64,000 bases of DNA from positions 51,460,001-51,524,000 of the forward strand of contig NC_043002.1 in assembly GCF_006345805.1 (NCBI RefSeq), written 5' to 3'. The position numbers and the translations under genes are program-made. This stretch comes from Octopus sinensis (lineage: Eukaryota). Under the pieces are notes generated by a model. It was not told the DNA's origin, did not search any database, and saw only the letters and a program-made list of their open reading frames with translations. Of the stretch, positions 63,316 through 64,000 are shown in pieces; position 1 is the first letter of the stretch; every line of letters begins with the position of its first letter.

Positions 63316-64000
63316 TTTCTCTCTTTTTTTTCTTCTTTTGTTAAGTTTGTAGTATGTAGTGTACGTTTCATTAGTGTCACTTTAGCTTAAGCTAAAGAAA
63401 CACTGATGGTGAGACCGGAATAGATGATGTATCCGTCTGGTCTCAGATACTATATTCAGTTGCAATGGTATTCTACCACCTACGATAACGACTATATGTC
63501 GCGCAAATAAATCATACACGAGCGCGCGTATGATCCAAGATTCCTTGTACACTGAAAAAAAAAATGGTCATGACTGGAGTTAAAAACAATAGCAATCATA
63601 TAGAAAGATTTTAAGCGATTTCCTGACATCTTTCTTCTTATTTTTGCTTTTCTTCGAGCATTTATTTAAAGCCTTAAAACACTGCAAGGGTTTTCTCCCT
63701 TAGATTAGAAATAATGTAGGGTTATTTCCCTTTGATTATTTTTTAAGCCGTAAGAAGTGGTAATTATGATTTCGTTTTACTGAGTTGACGTGACGCAATC
63801 AGATTTGTGAATATTCAGCCTTAGAAAACTCTAATCAATACTCGTTTGGGTGAACTCTCAAAGCAGCTGTTCCACAGAAGTCGGAACTTCTCCGTTTTTG
63901 TTGGGTCTTTTGGGGGATTTTTCTAAATAATTTAATATCATACATTTCAAAATAATGGGTAGGGAGAGTCAATAAAATAAATAAATAGATACACAAACAA

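Noticed and set aside
63400-63460. CTGATGG followed by a TGAGACC/GGTCTCA hairpin and GATA
   Set aside because: Two core changes and no stem I or stem III pairing; treated as a simple hairpin.

Overview
AT-rich eukaryotic window made almost entirely of repeats. The microsatellite load and SINE families suggest a coleoid cephalopod (Octopus-like) genome; that is an inference. No host protein-coding exon could be supported, and most ORFs in the track are translations of simple repeats. Supported content: one intact tRNA-Trp(CCA) gene; decayed Tc1, mariner, Tigger/pogo, Tc2-like, hAT, probable Chapaev3 and Helitron-type DNA elements; RTE and CR1-like LINE remnants; and many copies of several tRNA-derived SINE families. 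There are also several fold-back (inverted) duplications, including a ~1.6 kb palindrome centred on (TA)n that may be an assembly artefact. The most interesting layer is about 13 hammerhead-ribozyme (HHR)-like motifs, found by eye, in several unrelated sequence contexts. Most are minimal type I folds with palindromic or near-palindromic stem III, as known from Penelope-like elements. They include a back-to-back pair on opposite strands, a 370-nt HHR-delimited retrozyme-like unit, a possible type II fold, and a tRNA-headed SINE-like element carrying an HHR. All folds were read manually, and many copies carry core substitutions, so they may be inactive. TE boundaries are approximate.
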